The notes under the pieces: model-generated
Told to the model about the DNA's origin: nothing
What the model saw: only the letters and a program-made list of their open reading frames with translations
Databases searched by the model: none
Shown: piece by piece, positions 30,285 through 42,872 of the stretch
Layout of the letters: each line of letters starts with the position of its first letter
Position numbering within the stretch: position 1 is the stretch's first letter
Made by a program: the position numbers and the translations under genes
NCBI GenBank assembly: GCA_964016885.1
Contig: OZ024740.1
Coordinates: forward strand, 203,794,001 to 203,858,000
Reading direction: 5' to 3'
DNA: 64,000 nucleotides
Source: Eledone cirrhosa
Lineage: Eukaryota

Positions 30285-31110
30285 TACGTGTCCGAACGAC
30301 TTTTTTTAGCCGTTGTTCGCACCAACCTGAGGCATATGGCCCTTAAAGCGATGAAATGCCTGGGACGGTTGGAGGGTCACTGATGAAGGACTTACTTTTT
30401 CATATGCACCACCATTTGCAACGCGCAGCCATCATTATTATCATATTTACACATAATTTTTCTTCTGCTGCCACCCGTCCGTTTCGTTCTTTGTACCTTT
30501 TACCCTTTCTCGTTCTTTGTACCTTTTAACCTTTCTGGCAGTCTCTCACTCTGTTAGCCTCCTCCTCAACTTTCACTCACTCATTCTCTGTCACTACCTC
30601 TCCTCTTCCTCTTTCCTCCTCCTCCTTCAAGTTTGACCTGTGTGTAATTCTTTTCTCGCGCGTTCCTGGTCAAGCTGGTATGGAATTTTTTTCTCTCTCT
30701 CTCTTTCGTCTGCGACTTCACAAAACTTATGTTTACCGAATTCGTAGACCAGACCCCTTCTTCTTCTTCTTCTTCTTCTTCTTCTTCTTCTTCTTCTTCT
30801 TCTTCTTCTTCCCCCCGTTAGACCTGTGCGAAATTCCTTCCTTGCTCACATTTCAACCAGGTTTGATGGTCTTTTGTCTCTTGTTCACGATTTCACCGAG
30901 TTTATATTCATAGAGATCTGGGACTTGTCTATTTCTTCTCACTTTCCGTTGCTTAAACCATTTTGTTTGTTACCCTAACGTCCCCTTTATTTACGTGTCC
31001 CAACGACTTTTTTTAGCCGTTGTTCGCACCAACCTGAGGCATATGGCCCTTAAAGCGATGAAATGCCTGGGACGGTTGGAGGGTCACTGATGAAGGACTC
31101 ACTTATTCAT
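29882..31110. mobile_element. Non-coding pLTR-like element: inverted copy (29882-30283) plus tandem copies with 707-bp period
   Basis: 30284-30400 is repeated at 30991-31108; 29882-30283 is reverse-complementary to them; internal (GAA)n; flanked by (TA)n. Confidence 0.75.
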
Positions 31111-31129
31111 ATATATATATATATATATT

Positions 31130-33907
31130 CAGTAATTAGGAATATTCCAAAGCTTGGTAGAACAAGTTGTGAGGAAAGTTATCAACATACGTTAAGGTGA
31201 CTCGACAGGTTGGTAGGGATTCTGTAGTGGAAACACGAACAAACGAGGAGTGTAATCAAAAAAGAGAAATAGGACGAAGGTAAACAGTTACAAAAGGATT
31301 TAATCCACGTATTAACAATTGTTTCATCAGAATTTCAGTCCATTATTGCTACACTATGTAATAATAGGCAATCAAGAAAGATAATGTAGCATCCGAATTT
31401 TCAAAATACAAAGTTGGAATGACCTTAGGAAATGAAATAAGGGGTAGTAGTGTAAGATAGAGGAACAGAGAGAGAGAGGGGCAAAAGAGAGGGAGAGAGA
31501 GAGAGAAAAGGGACGGAGGTAGGGAGAGAAAGAGAAAGAGATAGGGTGGTGTGAGAGGATTTGTATAGAATATAGTTAAGTTACAAGAAGGGGGAGGAGG
31601 GTTGTGTGCTAAAAGTTGTGATGAGTAGAGGGAGAGAGAATTTTAAGTGGCAGTTGGTAGTGGACAGGCGAAAATTTTACCAGAGAATAGATGAAGGAAG
31701 AAAGTATTAAATTTCATATATAGTCTATTTTTAGGAGTGTAGAATTGTTATTTAGGGTAGAAAAGGAAGGGAGGTAGTGTTAAGATTAAGTAGAAAGCTT
31801 GAAGTGTGAGAACTTCGCCCTCAGTTTATGCTGGCAAAAGATTGACCTTTCAATTTTGTTGTTGAGTAGTTGGTGGCCTGAGCTTAGGATATGGAAGAGC
31901 TCACTATTACACAACGGGCACGTTTTCATCCCACTCCGGTATGGAGGAGCATGTGAGAGTTTGGTCCATTTAAGGGTCTATTGTCGGTTACTTCCTTTTA
32001 AGTGCCAGATTTTGTCGGCGAGAGTCGTTACGTAACGGTGTTGGGGGTGCTTTATTGCGTAACGATGCGTGTACCAACGAGTTTTGAAGGTGTTTGCAGT
32101 GCTGCCTATGTAGTGCCAGGTTTGGTTGTCCGACTTAACCGAGCACCTGTACACTAGTTTTGAATGCAAACATTCGTTATTCAATGGACAAGTCTCTGAA
32201 AGGTGGCAATTACAATTTCTGTTATGGGCAGTGGTGGAGTTATAGGTGGGCTGGGATGTGTGTGTGAGTGTGTTTTGTGCATACTGTTTGTTAGTGGGTG
32301 GTTGTGTATTAGGTGTATTATTGTGTTGAGTGATTGGGGTGTTGTTGTTACGGAGTTTTTTGGCGTTGAGCATCTTAATGTGTGCGTCTAGGTTTGGTGC
32401 AGTGGAATAAAATAGTCTAATTGTTTTGGTATTAAGTATACTACTATATTTATGTGAATTTGGAAAGTGTTTTTTTATAATTTTGTAGAATGTGGAAGGT
32501 AAGTTAGAGCTAATAGAAGAGTTAAAAATAGGATTATACCAAATGTAAGATCTACTCCGTGTTCTGTTTTGCTTTGATGTTGCTGTTGTATTTGTGGTGT
32601 GGTTAATATTAGGGGGTCTAGGTGCGTGTGTGCGGGTGTTTGTGGGGCGTTTGGCGTGTCTATGGTTGTGTCGGTCTATGTATTCTAGTTTGTCGGTGTG
32701 GCCAGCCCGTTCTAATGCAGTGTTGTAATATTCAGCGTGTTGATCAAATATTTGTTGGTTAGATGAGAGGCGGGATATTCTAAGTGATATACTATGTGGC
32801 ACGGACCTTATAATAGATAGTGGGTGGTTAGAGCTAGTGTGGATGTAGGTGAGGTTCTCATTGTTTTTGTGAAAGGGTGTGATAATTTGGGTGTTGAGGC
32901 TGAAGGTGGCATCTAGGAAGTTAACTACTTTGGTACTATATTCGTAGGTGATTTTAAGGCCAAGGCTATCTAGGGTTCTTCTAATGTTCTTACGGGTTCG
33001 CTCTATGTTTTGTTTATTCATGTTTTTAACTAATAGGAGAGCGTCATCTCTATATATTCCGCCTTGAAGGTAACTAAATTTATTATGTAAGGTGTGGGCT
33101 ATGTATATACCAACAATATCCGTAACTTGTGCTGAGTCATTAGCACCCATAATTATGTCAAAGCTATCTATTCTATCCTTACGTACCCAAAAGTTATTTT
33201 CAAATTTAATTATCGTCTTTCTAGCAGCTAGGATAATGTTTATTTCGTCGTCGGTTAAGTCAGAGCTGGCTTTCGCAAATGCTAGTGCCTTGTTTAGAGT
33301 ATCGGGTGATATGGAGGAGTAATAGTCATTAATGTGGAATTGTATAAAGTTAGAGGTATTTTTGTTATCTATACTATTAAACCATTTAATTGTGTCGCTA
33401 GTATTGTCCCAAAGTTTAATAACTAGTTTATTCCTTAATTGTATTATTATTCTATCTAAAATATGCTTGCTAATTTTACCTATGTCTGACTTAGAAGGGC
33501 ATATTAATCTAATTGTGGGTTTATCTAGGAAATCTAATTTGTGGTCCTTAAGATTAAAGGTGGGGGTGCAAGTTGTCATGGGCTCAGTTCTATCTTCAAG
33601 TTCTAGACTTTTGACAATATGGTGTGCTTGTTTGTTGATGTTAAGTAGTGCTTGGTTATTGGTTTTTTAATATTTTTTGTGTAATTCCTTCCGTATAAGG
33701 TCGTGGTAGGTATTAATGTCCATTATGTACACGTTAGATGTTTTATCCGCTTTGACAATAATCCCGTTAGTAGTGCGCAGTTTGTTTAGAAAGGTATCCA
33801 TGTCTTTATGAAGCTTATTGGTTTTGAACTTCTTATATTATTCTGATGAAAAAATTGTTAATACGTGGATTAAATCCTTTTGTAACTGTTTACCTTCGTC
33901 CTATTTC

Positions 33908-33913
<6 letters not shown>
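31130..33913 (-). mobile_element. Penelope-like retroelement, 5'-truncated, with inverted partial pLTR at the 5' junction
   Basis: ORF 31978-33579: LKDHK..IRLICPSKSDIG, YRDDA, NFLD, CNC..CPL..C..LVY..YIGST; 33838-33913 is the reverse complement of 31259-31335. Confidence 0.92.
31309..31409 (-). ncRNA. Decayed hammerhead in the 3' pLTR of the Penelope element
   Basis: GTATT-TTGAAAA (for CTGAAGA)...GAAACAATTGTT-AATAC. Confidence 0.6.
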
Positions 33914-33965
<52 letters not shown>

Positions 33966-34110
33966 GTATGTGTTAGTTCATCACCGACACTTCAGTATGC
34001 AGGTTAGAGCACTCGATGAAGTACATAAGTGGGTCTGTTTACTCCGTAGCATATATGTAATCATGAAGTATAGGTCAACAGGTTATAACTCACTTCGTTT
34101 ATTTATAATC

Positions 34111-34169
34111 GCTGTTATATATATTTCGGTAATAACCGTTATGCAACAGCTATGACCTCATCAGACAGC
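34111..34169 (-). ncRNA. Type-I hammerhead ribozyme
   Basis: GCTGT-CTGATGA-GGTCATAGCTGTT(GCAT)AACGGTTATTACC-GAAATATATATA-ACAGC; inverted partial copy at about 34284-34327. Confidence 0.88.
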
Positions 34170-34325
34170 TAGATGTTAGACAGAAAAAAACAGAAAAACA
34201 TAAAGAAGAAAGAAAGCTTACTTCTGTTGTTTCGATTTATTGATATGCCCTGGGGTGATATTTGGTGTTGCTTTCTCAAAGCACCGGTAACATATGTTGC
34301 AGCGATTATGAATAAACGAAGTTAA

Positions 34326-34380
<55 letters not shown>

Positions 34381-34405
34381 CATACATATATATGTGTGTG
34401 TGTGG

Positions 34406-34472
<67 letters not shown>

Positions 34473-34513
34473 GAGCGTCTATTTGTATATGTGATTTTCT
34501 CAGCGTGTTTGTA

Positions 34514-34576
<63 letters not shown>

Positions 34577-35460
34577 CAGGAACACATTACTGTCAATGTG
34601 TGAAAGTGGTGTAGCCATAGAAGTTATACTGAAGTTTATGTAACTTAAGAGATATCATCGCCAAGCATGTAAATAAACTATAATGTTTTCTGTTTTACTC
34701 TCCAAATATTAAACCATGGTGGAATCTACTACCACATTGCAAGTATTTGAAGAAACTTCATACGTCCTCAATAAATACGTTTAGATTATTTGAATATCAA
34801 TCGCTATTGTAAGTGTCTTTTGCTGTTCTTTATTGTGTCGAAAGATCATCGTCAGCAAGCTTAAGTGAAATGTATTGTCATAAAATATGGTGCACCTTTG
34901 TTATATGTTATTTCGTGTGCGTGCTTCTGTTTACATGTAGCTTTGATTCTATTGAAATGTTAGCTACAATTAGAATGATTGAGCGACACTGTTTTACAAG
35001 GAAAGATATTTATTTCACTGAACGTGGTTTTGTAATAACAGCTAGAATGAAATAAACATTATTCTATGTCTAGATCATGACAGACAGGGGAATATATAAA
35101 AGATACCAGTAGATTGTTACAATAACATAAATTTAGTTGAGAATGAAGAAAACTTCAAACAAAATTATGTGGAAGCTTTCTCATTATGAATGAAGTTGTG
35201 ATTACTCAACTAAATTTGGAACAAACAGATGAGATTCATGCGAAGTACTGCCATTGTTACTTAGATAATAATATAACAATGGAATCTTTCAGCAGGTTAA
35301 CATTTGCTATGTCGGCTACATAAAGTTTCTTACAGATACAGTCATACACAGGATGTTAATATAACTGGTTGATGTAACATGTTGGAAAACCTACCTATAT
35401 AACTACTGTATTTTCACCCCACTCTCTCCTTCAATTTGTCCTATTTTCGCTGTCCCTGTA

Positions 35461-35504
<44 letters not shown>

Positions 35505-35604
35505 GGTTCAGAAGATCCCGTAATAAAGTGAAAGCAACGATTCTTTGCTTAAACTTCAATCTCTAATAATAATAAATATTTGCTCTACGGTTTATATATA
35601 ATAT

Positions 35605-35786
35605 AATTGTTTCTACTTTTGGCACAAGGCCAGCAATTATCCCAGTACATTACTGGTACTTTATATGATCGACCCCATAAGGATGAAAGGCAAAGTTAAC
35701 TTCGGCAGGATTTGAACTCAGATCGTAAAGGGACGTAACTATGCTGGAAAGCATGGCGTCCGACTCTCTACCGATATGTCCAATAT
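35605..35786 (-). mobile_element. tRNA-derived SINE, family A
   Basis: Reverse-complement homologue of 5688-5862. Confidence 0.8.
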
Positions 35787-36756
35787 TATATATATATATA
35801 TAGTTATGTAATAAACAACATAAGATAATTAATTCATTTTCCAGTGGTTTCTTCAGTCGTCAGAACAAATAAAATGGAATGTTTGTTAAATATGGATTTG
35901 AAAACAAAATTTAAGAAATATGAAAGGGAGGCTGAAATCAAATAACGGGCAAAAATTGAGGGGAAAAAATATATAAATAAATATCCAGAACATAAACATA
36001 CACACACTCAAACATACGCTTATACGTAATAGTACGTAAACGTATACATTCTCACATAAGTGTATGTGCGTCTACATGGAAATACGAACACATATAAACG
36101 TGTAATCTTTTGCTCACATATGCGCACTCTCACATATGTACAAAATAATAACGTAAAAGCTATATACACACATGCATATCTCTCCATACTCATATACACA
36201 AATATATATATATATATTATTGAGTACATATGTGAGTGTGTGACTGTGTGGGAACCCGATGCTATTATAGTAAAAGACACTTGCACGAGTTGCAGTGCAA
36301 TGGGACTGAAGCTGAAACCACGCGGTTGTGTACTACTCAAATACATAGTCATGTCTGCACCTAATATATATTATATGACGAGACATGGTTGATGGAAAAG
36401 ATAAAAAGGTTAAAACTAAATCTGGCCGTTTGACATATGGCAGAAGAACTCTCAATGGCGAAACTATGAAGCTGAAGTATGCCATAAGAAACCGTACAGA
36501 GCTTGCTTAGTGTACAATGTAAAGATATAATGAATTAGCTGTTACTATAAGTACCAGTCTTCTTCTTCTTCTGAGAGGGTCATGGGGGAAGAGTCCTCAA
36601 ACACTCCTTCCAGTGGGTCCTGTCAGAAGAAACCGTCTCCAACTGATAAGTACTAATAATATAGGAATTAGCACACCCGATTCACAGTTATTCCTACATT
36701 TAGTTTATAAAACCTTTAATTACGTATTTTTCTGTGGCTTGTGAGAAATGTAGATA

Positions 36757-36804
36757 GTTTCTGATGATGACTGATTCCAACAAGAACTGAAACTCATGTC
36801 AAGC
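36757..36804 (+). ncRNA. Possible type-I hammerhead ribozyme
   Basis: GTTT-CTGATGA..GAAAC(TCAT)GTC-AAGC; stem II weak. Confidence 0.5.
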
Positions 36805-37059
36805 AATTCGTCTTTTTTAATCTATACAGAAATACATAAGATATGTTTAGTGTTTCTGTAGAGGTAGGAATTTATAGTATACTTCAGCTGATTAGTGCAT
36901 AGTTTAGTTTATAGTCAATATTATGTATTAAGCAAAAGCCAATGTAAATCTAGTACAATATTTAGATGTTGTTCCATCATTAATACCATATAAATGAAAG
37001 ACATTAGGAAGTGATTGTTAGTGAGTCAAAGTTTCACGTTTAGTTTTATGTATTTACAA

Positions 37060-37240
37060 ACAGGAAGTGAAAAGAAAGTGGGGAGAAATGGGGGAAAAGG
37101 TAATTAAAAATGAAGGGAGGAAAGCGGAAGAGACAAACTCTACCCACTTGGCTGCTCCCCATACACAAGATAGTGAAAGCATTGCCGTGGAGAACAGCCG
37201 GCGATACCCGTTGCATCATCCATTCCACCTCACGAGGCTT
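37060..37240 (-). mobile_element. 3' end fragment of a CRE-like (RLE) non-LTR retrotransposon
   Basis: WMMQRVSPAVLHGNA resembles the QR.S.A..RGNA C-terminal motif. Confidence 0.5.
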
Positions 37241-38063
37241 CAGTGATTCATACAATACTCCATTTCACTGTTCAAATCTGACCGTACACTAAGGTGTAAT
37301 TATTAGTAAATCAATGACGATTATGAGTCAGCAGAAACAAGGTAATACCGGGCTATGTGTCTTTCGCTATTTACCTCAATCTTACCAAGCTGTAATTTAC
37401 TGAAGAAGAAGAAAAAAAAATTGCCGTTACCGAATCAAATGAATAAATCAATGTTTGTCCAATAAGTTAGATCCGGCTCAGTTACGATGATGACGATTGG
37501 TTCTTTCGGTAATAGTAAGTGCAATATAATTTCAAATTTGATTTATCTTTATTCAGGATTCAGGAAAACAAAAAGAAACCAATCGTCAGATAGGACCAAA
37601 GAAACTGAATTTTTATTGGTCTCTCCATTGCTGATACAATCTATCGCTTACACCCATAACACATTATATAAACACAGACATACATTATAAATATTATACT
37701 AATAGAACTCTATATATACTAAAGAAAAAGGAAGGAAAGAGGCTGATCGTTAGATAAGACCAATGTTTCAATTGGTCTTTCCATTGCTGATACTATTGGT
37801 CGGTTGCAACTCCTATCAGAATGGGAGGCGGCATTAAAATTCAGAACGGACAGAGCTGGAACAGAAAACCGCAAACTATTCTGTTCAACTATTTCAACAA
37901 CTCCACCAACCCACCGTCACCCCACCGGTACTTTATTTATCGATCCTGAAAAAAATGAAAGGCAAAGTTGATCTCAGCGAGTCAGCGTGATTTGAACACA
38001 GAAAATTGGAAAAACCACCGAGGTATTGAATACAATACACTTATGACTGCCAATTCGCTGCTA

Positions 38064-38375
38064 TCTCTCTATATAAAACTGAGGATGTCTGTCTGTGTGT
38101 GTGTGTCTGTGAGTTTGAATCCCTAAAACTCGAGAAGCACCCAACCACTGTTTTCAAACTTTACACATGTAATACTTATGTTTCCGGGAATATTCTGAGC
38201 AAAAACAATTTCAAATTGTCAATGCCCTAGGGACCGCATTAGGCGATTTAGCGATCTATCTCTATAATTCTTAGTCTTTCTCTTTTTAGATAGATACATA
38301 CACATAACGTCGCACCCTTATAATATTTGTCTGTATGTCTGGCTGTCTGCATTACGTCACTTCCCTGAGGATGCC

Positions 38376-38434
<59 letters not shown>

Positions 38435-39035
38435 GTCTGTGAGTTTGAATCCCTAAAACTCGAGAAGTACCCAACCGACTTTTTAAAAACTTTACATGTG
38501 TATTACTTATGTTTCAGGGAGTGTTATGCACATACAAAAATTCAACTTTTTGATCCCCTAGGGCCTGCATTAGGTGAAAAACTGCGTTTTTAAAGGTTTT
38601 AGGGGTTTTTTGAGGCGTACCGTCAGACTGATTTCCTTGAAATTGTAACTATGTATTAGTTAGTCTCTTCTTCGTACTATGAGCAAAGAAAATCCAACTT
38701 TTTATGGCCTAGGGCCCGCATTAAGTGAAAAACTTCATTTTTTCAAGTTTTTAGGGCTTTTTTGAGGCGTTACGTCTAGCCGATTTTCCCGAAATTTCAA
38801 GGCATATTATACACATAAAAAATATTCATTTTCTTGATCCCCAGGGCCCGCATTAGGTGAAAACCTGCATTTTTCCTGCTTCATCGAGGAAAATCTTAAA
38901 GATTATCCAGCCATCAGAGTATTCGGTTTATTTTCTTTACATATTGTCCAGGCATGCAGTTTTCCACTATTAGGTCTGTTGGCGGCCCACGTTCCAAAAT
39001 ACCTTATCCCGTGCAACGCCGGGTACTACTGCTAG
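38064..39035 (+). mobile_element. Non-autonomous Helitron-like element with internal tandem duplications
   Basis: 5' A^TC, 3' hairpin CCCGTGCAACGCCGGG followed by CTAG^T; 38078-38245 is repeated at 38364-38575. Confidence 0.7.
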
Positions 39036-39108
39036 TATCTAATAAAATGGTGGAATCTTTATTAGCCCAAGAGTTTGCACATACAATACACACACACACA
39101 CACTATAC

Positions 39109-39145
<37 letters not shown>

Positions 39146-39352
39146 TGTATATATATAACGAAGAAAGTGTGGTAATGAACCAGGTGGACCACAACGCACC
39201 AGAGTACTCGATACTTTGGGTAGTAGAGTAGGTAATAGGAAAAGAGTCAGGACCCCGACGGCTGAGCTCCGGCCATTTCGACAGGTAGATCTGATCGTTC
39301 ATATCTTGATATCGAAACGGCCGGAGCTCAGCCGTCGGAGTCCTGAATATTT

Positions 39353-39403
<51 letters not shown>

Positions 39404-39752
39404 ATGTATAACCCTGACGGCAGAGCTCAAGCCGTTTCGACGGCTATTTCTGAGTCCAGAAATAGCTGTCGAAAAGGCTTGAGCTGTGCCGTCGGGGTCA
39501 TACATTTTCTTATTACCCACTCTACTACCCTAAGTATTGAGTACTCTGGTGCGTTATGGTCCATCTAGTTCCCTACCACACTTCCTTCGTTATATATATA
39601 TATAGGCCGGCTATCGAAAAAACAAACCACATGTTCGGCTGTCCCCGTGTATCAAGAAAAGAAAATTTTTTTGAGAAACTTTTTTAATTTTTTTTAATTT
39701 TAAAGAATATTTTTAGGAACATTCAATGTTTTCAACTTTTTAGAGGTTTTTG

Positions 39753-39810
39753 CCGTCTGAAGAGCTCAGGCCATCATAATTAAGAGTCTTCAGTGAAATA
39801 TATATAACGG
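39753..39810 (+). ncRNA. Type-I hammerhead ribozyme
   Basis: CCGT-CTGAAGA-GCT..AGT-GAAATATATATA-ACGG. Confidence 0.78.
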
Positions 39811-39869
39811 AGTTTTAAATAAACCTGAATGAACCGATTACGGCCTCCGATCTTTTAATTATATATATT

Positions 39870-40665
39870 TTCTAAAGCGGGTAAAATTCCCGAGATCCAT
39901 GGACGAGTTCTCTCCAGCAGTCTCTGTCCCTCATTATCGCTGCCATGTCTTGCGTCTCCAACAGACCAGTGTCTGTCCTTAGGGCATCAACATACGTTAG
40001 CCTTGGTCTTCCTCTTCTAGTGTGTCCCTGTAGGGGCTCCCAAAGGAGCACTGAGTGCAATGTCAACTCTGGATGTCGGTGAGCATGTCCAGCTAACCTC
40101 AGTTTCCTCTGTGTCACTTTTGAGCTGACTTTTGGGATGCTCCCATACGGCTCAGAGCAGGAGAGTTAGGGCGAAAAAGGTATCGGATGCTGAATTTGCT
40201 GACGACATAGTTTTGGTGACAAATACAGGGAAGGAGGCAGAGGATTTGATGCGGGAGGTTGAGACTGTGTCGATGAGTGTGGGGCTGAGAATGAATGAGA
40301 CTAAAACAAAATATCTGGTAGAGAATGTTGAGAAGCCAGGGGGGATCACTAATGTAGGCGGGAAGCCGCTAGAATTGGTTGAGGGCTTCCTGTATTTGGG
40401 AGCAAAGATTGGGAATACGGAAGATGATGTGGTTGAGCGGAAGAGCAAAGCCTGGGCGGCGTGCCACAGCTTGAGACCGGTGTGGAAGTCGGACCTTCGT
40501 AAAGACCTGAAAATCCGCCTCTTCATTGCTGTAGTGGAGTCTGTGCTGCTGTATGGGTCTGAGATTTGGACACTGACCAAGAAACTCACTCAGATGGTGG
40601 ATGGGTGCTACACGAGAATGCTGAGGATGGCTCTGAACATTAATCAATATACACTGAGGATGAAT
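39870..40665. mobile_element. RTE-clade LINE insertion with inverted 5' segment
   Basis: Plus strand 40138-40665: EFADDIVL, GLRMNETKT, FLYLG, VLLYGSE; minus strand 39872-40138: LRLAGH..RGRPR. Confidence 0.9.
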
Positions 40666-40727
<62 letters not shown>

Positions 40728-40728
40728 T

Positions 40729-40925
40729 ACAGGGTGTATCAAAAAGGCTATATATTTTTAACAAATGACTATATAATCATGTAGTAACTTGTACAATACA
40801 TGTCTGAATATGAAGTTTTAACTTTTTTTATATAACTTTTATACATTTTTATAGAGTTATTTACATATTGAGCATTTGTAAAATTTATACAGAAGATCAG
40901 ATGAATCGTTTTTTATATACCCTGT
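40729..40925. mobile_element. Tc1/mariner-type MITE
   Basis: TA-CAGGGTGTATCAAAAA ... TTTTTATATACCCTG-TA. Confidence 0.7.
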
Positions 40926-41058
40926 ATATATATATATATATATACTATACTTGAGGGCGGTTGACCGGGGTAGAAGCTGCTAAATGTTCGGTCGCCCTCA
41001 TGTCTCTGATTTTCAGCCCCATGGATTTTGTCTATTATATTCCTTTGTTTTATTTCGA

Positions 41059-41116
41059 ATACCTGATGATGTCACCGGATTCATACTGTACCCGGTCATT
41101 GAAATGATCATAGTAT
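41059..41116 (+). ncRNA. Type-I hammerhead ribozyme
   Basis: ATAC-CTGATGA-TGTCACCGG..CCGGTCATT-GAAATGATCATA-GTAT. Confidence 0.8.
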
Positions 41117-41164
41117 AATAAACCTTTTAAGGAATTACATCAGTCCAACCTCCTCTTATTTTAT

Positions 41165-41203
<39 letters not shown>

Positions 41204-41296
41204 CTTTGTATCTATACACACAGGGTATATATAAGAAAAAAACGAGGAAGTTTCGTTTACTTGTATATGATATTTATTGTGTATCGACCATACAGG

Positions 41297-41378
<82 letters not shown>

Positions 41379-41487
41379 GAGCTCAGCTGTCGGGGTCTTA
41401 CTGGTTCCTATTACCCACTCTACTACCTCAAGTATTGAGTACTTTGGTGCGTTATGGTCCACCTGGTTCCTTACCACATTTCCTTCG

Positions 41488-41535
<48 letters not shown>

Positions 41536-41536
<1 letters not shown>

Positions 41537-41715
41537 CATATACACATATATATATAATGGGCTTCTGCAGTTTCAATCTAGTAAATTCCCTCGACAAGGC
41601 ATTTGTCAACCCGAGACTACAGTAGGAGACACCTGCTCAAGGTGTTACGCGGAGGGATTGCACTCTGAACCATGTAGTTGCGAAGCGAACTCCTTAACTA
41701 CACAACGATGCCTGC
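41536..41715 (-). mobile_element. tRNA-derived SINE
   Basis: Reverse complement resembles the head of 3700-3860 (CCTTGAGCAGG core, GAAACTGCAGAAGCCC). Confidence 0.6.
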
Positions 41716-41958
41716 GCCTATATTATTTACAAATTTAACGTGCGAGGTAATATAAACATGTTATATTGAAATCTAAAATCCTTTAAACGTTGTTACAAAT
41801 GTGTTACTGTTTGTATAATATTTAGTCACTATTTGATCTAAGTAGTTATAATTAATTCAAAATTTATTACTGAACAGAAATATATAACGATAAATGTATT
41901 TATAAAAAAAATAAGTATTAACACAATAAACAGGGAAAGAAAAAATTAGAAGAAAAAT

Positions 41959-42115
41959 AATTGTTTCTACTTTTGGCACAAGGCCAGCAATTACCCAAGT
42001 GTATTACTGGTACTTTATTTTATCGACCCCGTAAGGATGAAAGGCAAAGTTTACCTCGGCAGGATGTGAACTCAGACCATAAAGGGCCGTAACTCTTTGC
42101 TGCGAAGCATGGCGG
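41959..42115 (-). mobile_element. tRNA-derived SINE, family A
   Basis: Homologue of 5688-5862. Confidence 0.8.
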
Positions 42116-42872
42116 AGAAACGGGGAAGAAGGAAAGGCAAACTCAACAGCCTTGGCTCGGCGGTATATTTGAATTGTGCTCCACGGACAAAATGGCGAAT
42201 GTATTGCAGCGGAGAAGAGCTAGTGACACCTGCTGCATGAACACCTCTACTTTACAGGAGTGGGTATCCCTCATCAAGCGGGATGCACTCCTACCAATTT
42301 ACGGAGGAAAACTGCTGTCTGGGAACCCAGAATAGCAGAGGTTGCGATGGTAACCGGCATGAAAAGGAAGCGGTCGGTCAATTCCAGGTATCTGGATATC
42401 TTCCGCGTCTTTGAGTTATGGCCCAAGCAACAAGGTTGGGACTGGACAACATATATCAGCATGTGGCATCACAGATTTTCCCCTCCTCTCCTCCAACGAG
42501 AAAAGAGTTATCTTGTCTGGGCACTTGCTGCCCCCTACGGTCGAGACCGGCAGGCTCCCGCTGTGATGGTAAAACGGCCGTGTCAAGGTTCCCGATGACG
42601 TCGTTCAAGGCGGCGTGTCAAGGGAGTCGACATGCACTGTTGCGATAACAGAGCAGATGTAGTCTGAACTTGAATTATTTCTTGGTTTCACAACGTTGGC
42701 CAATTATCAGCTAACGTTTCGGGCCATCCTGGGGCACCACCTTAATTTAGTCAATCATATCGATCTCAGTGCTTATTTTTTTCAAATTTGTTATTTTGTT
42801 GTACATACATACAAACATACATACATATTTACATACATACATATATATTTGCATACATACACACATACATAC

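Noticed and set aside
30322-30392. Twister or pistol ribozyme interpretation of the GCCCTTAAAGCG / GGAGGG motifs
   Set aside because: Twister P1 with the UAA cleavage loop and pistol P1/P3 cannot be formed.
31324-31330. CTGATGA at 31324-31330 (minus strand) and 33843-33849 as hammerhead cores
   Set aside because: The GA overlaps the GAAA(C) motif, so it is the end of stem II; the real core position is the decayed TTGAAAA further upstream.
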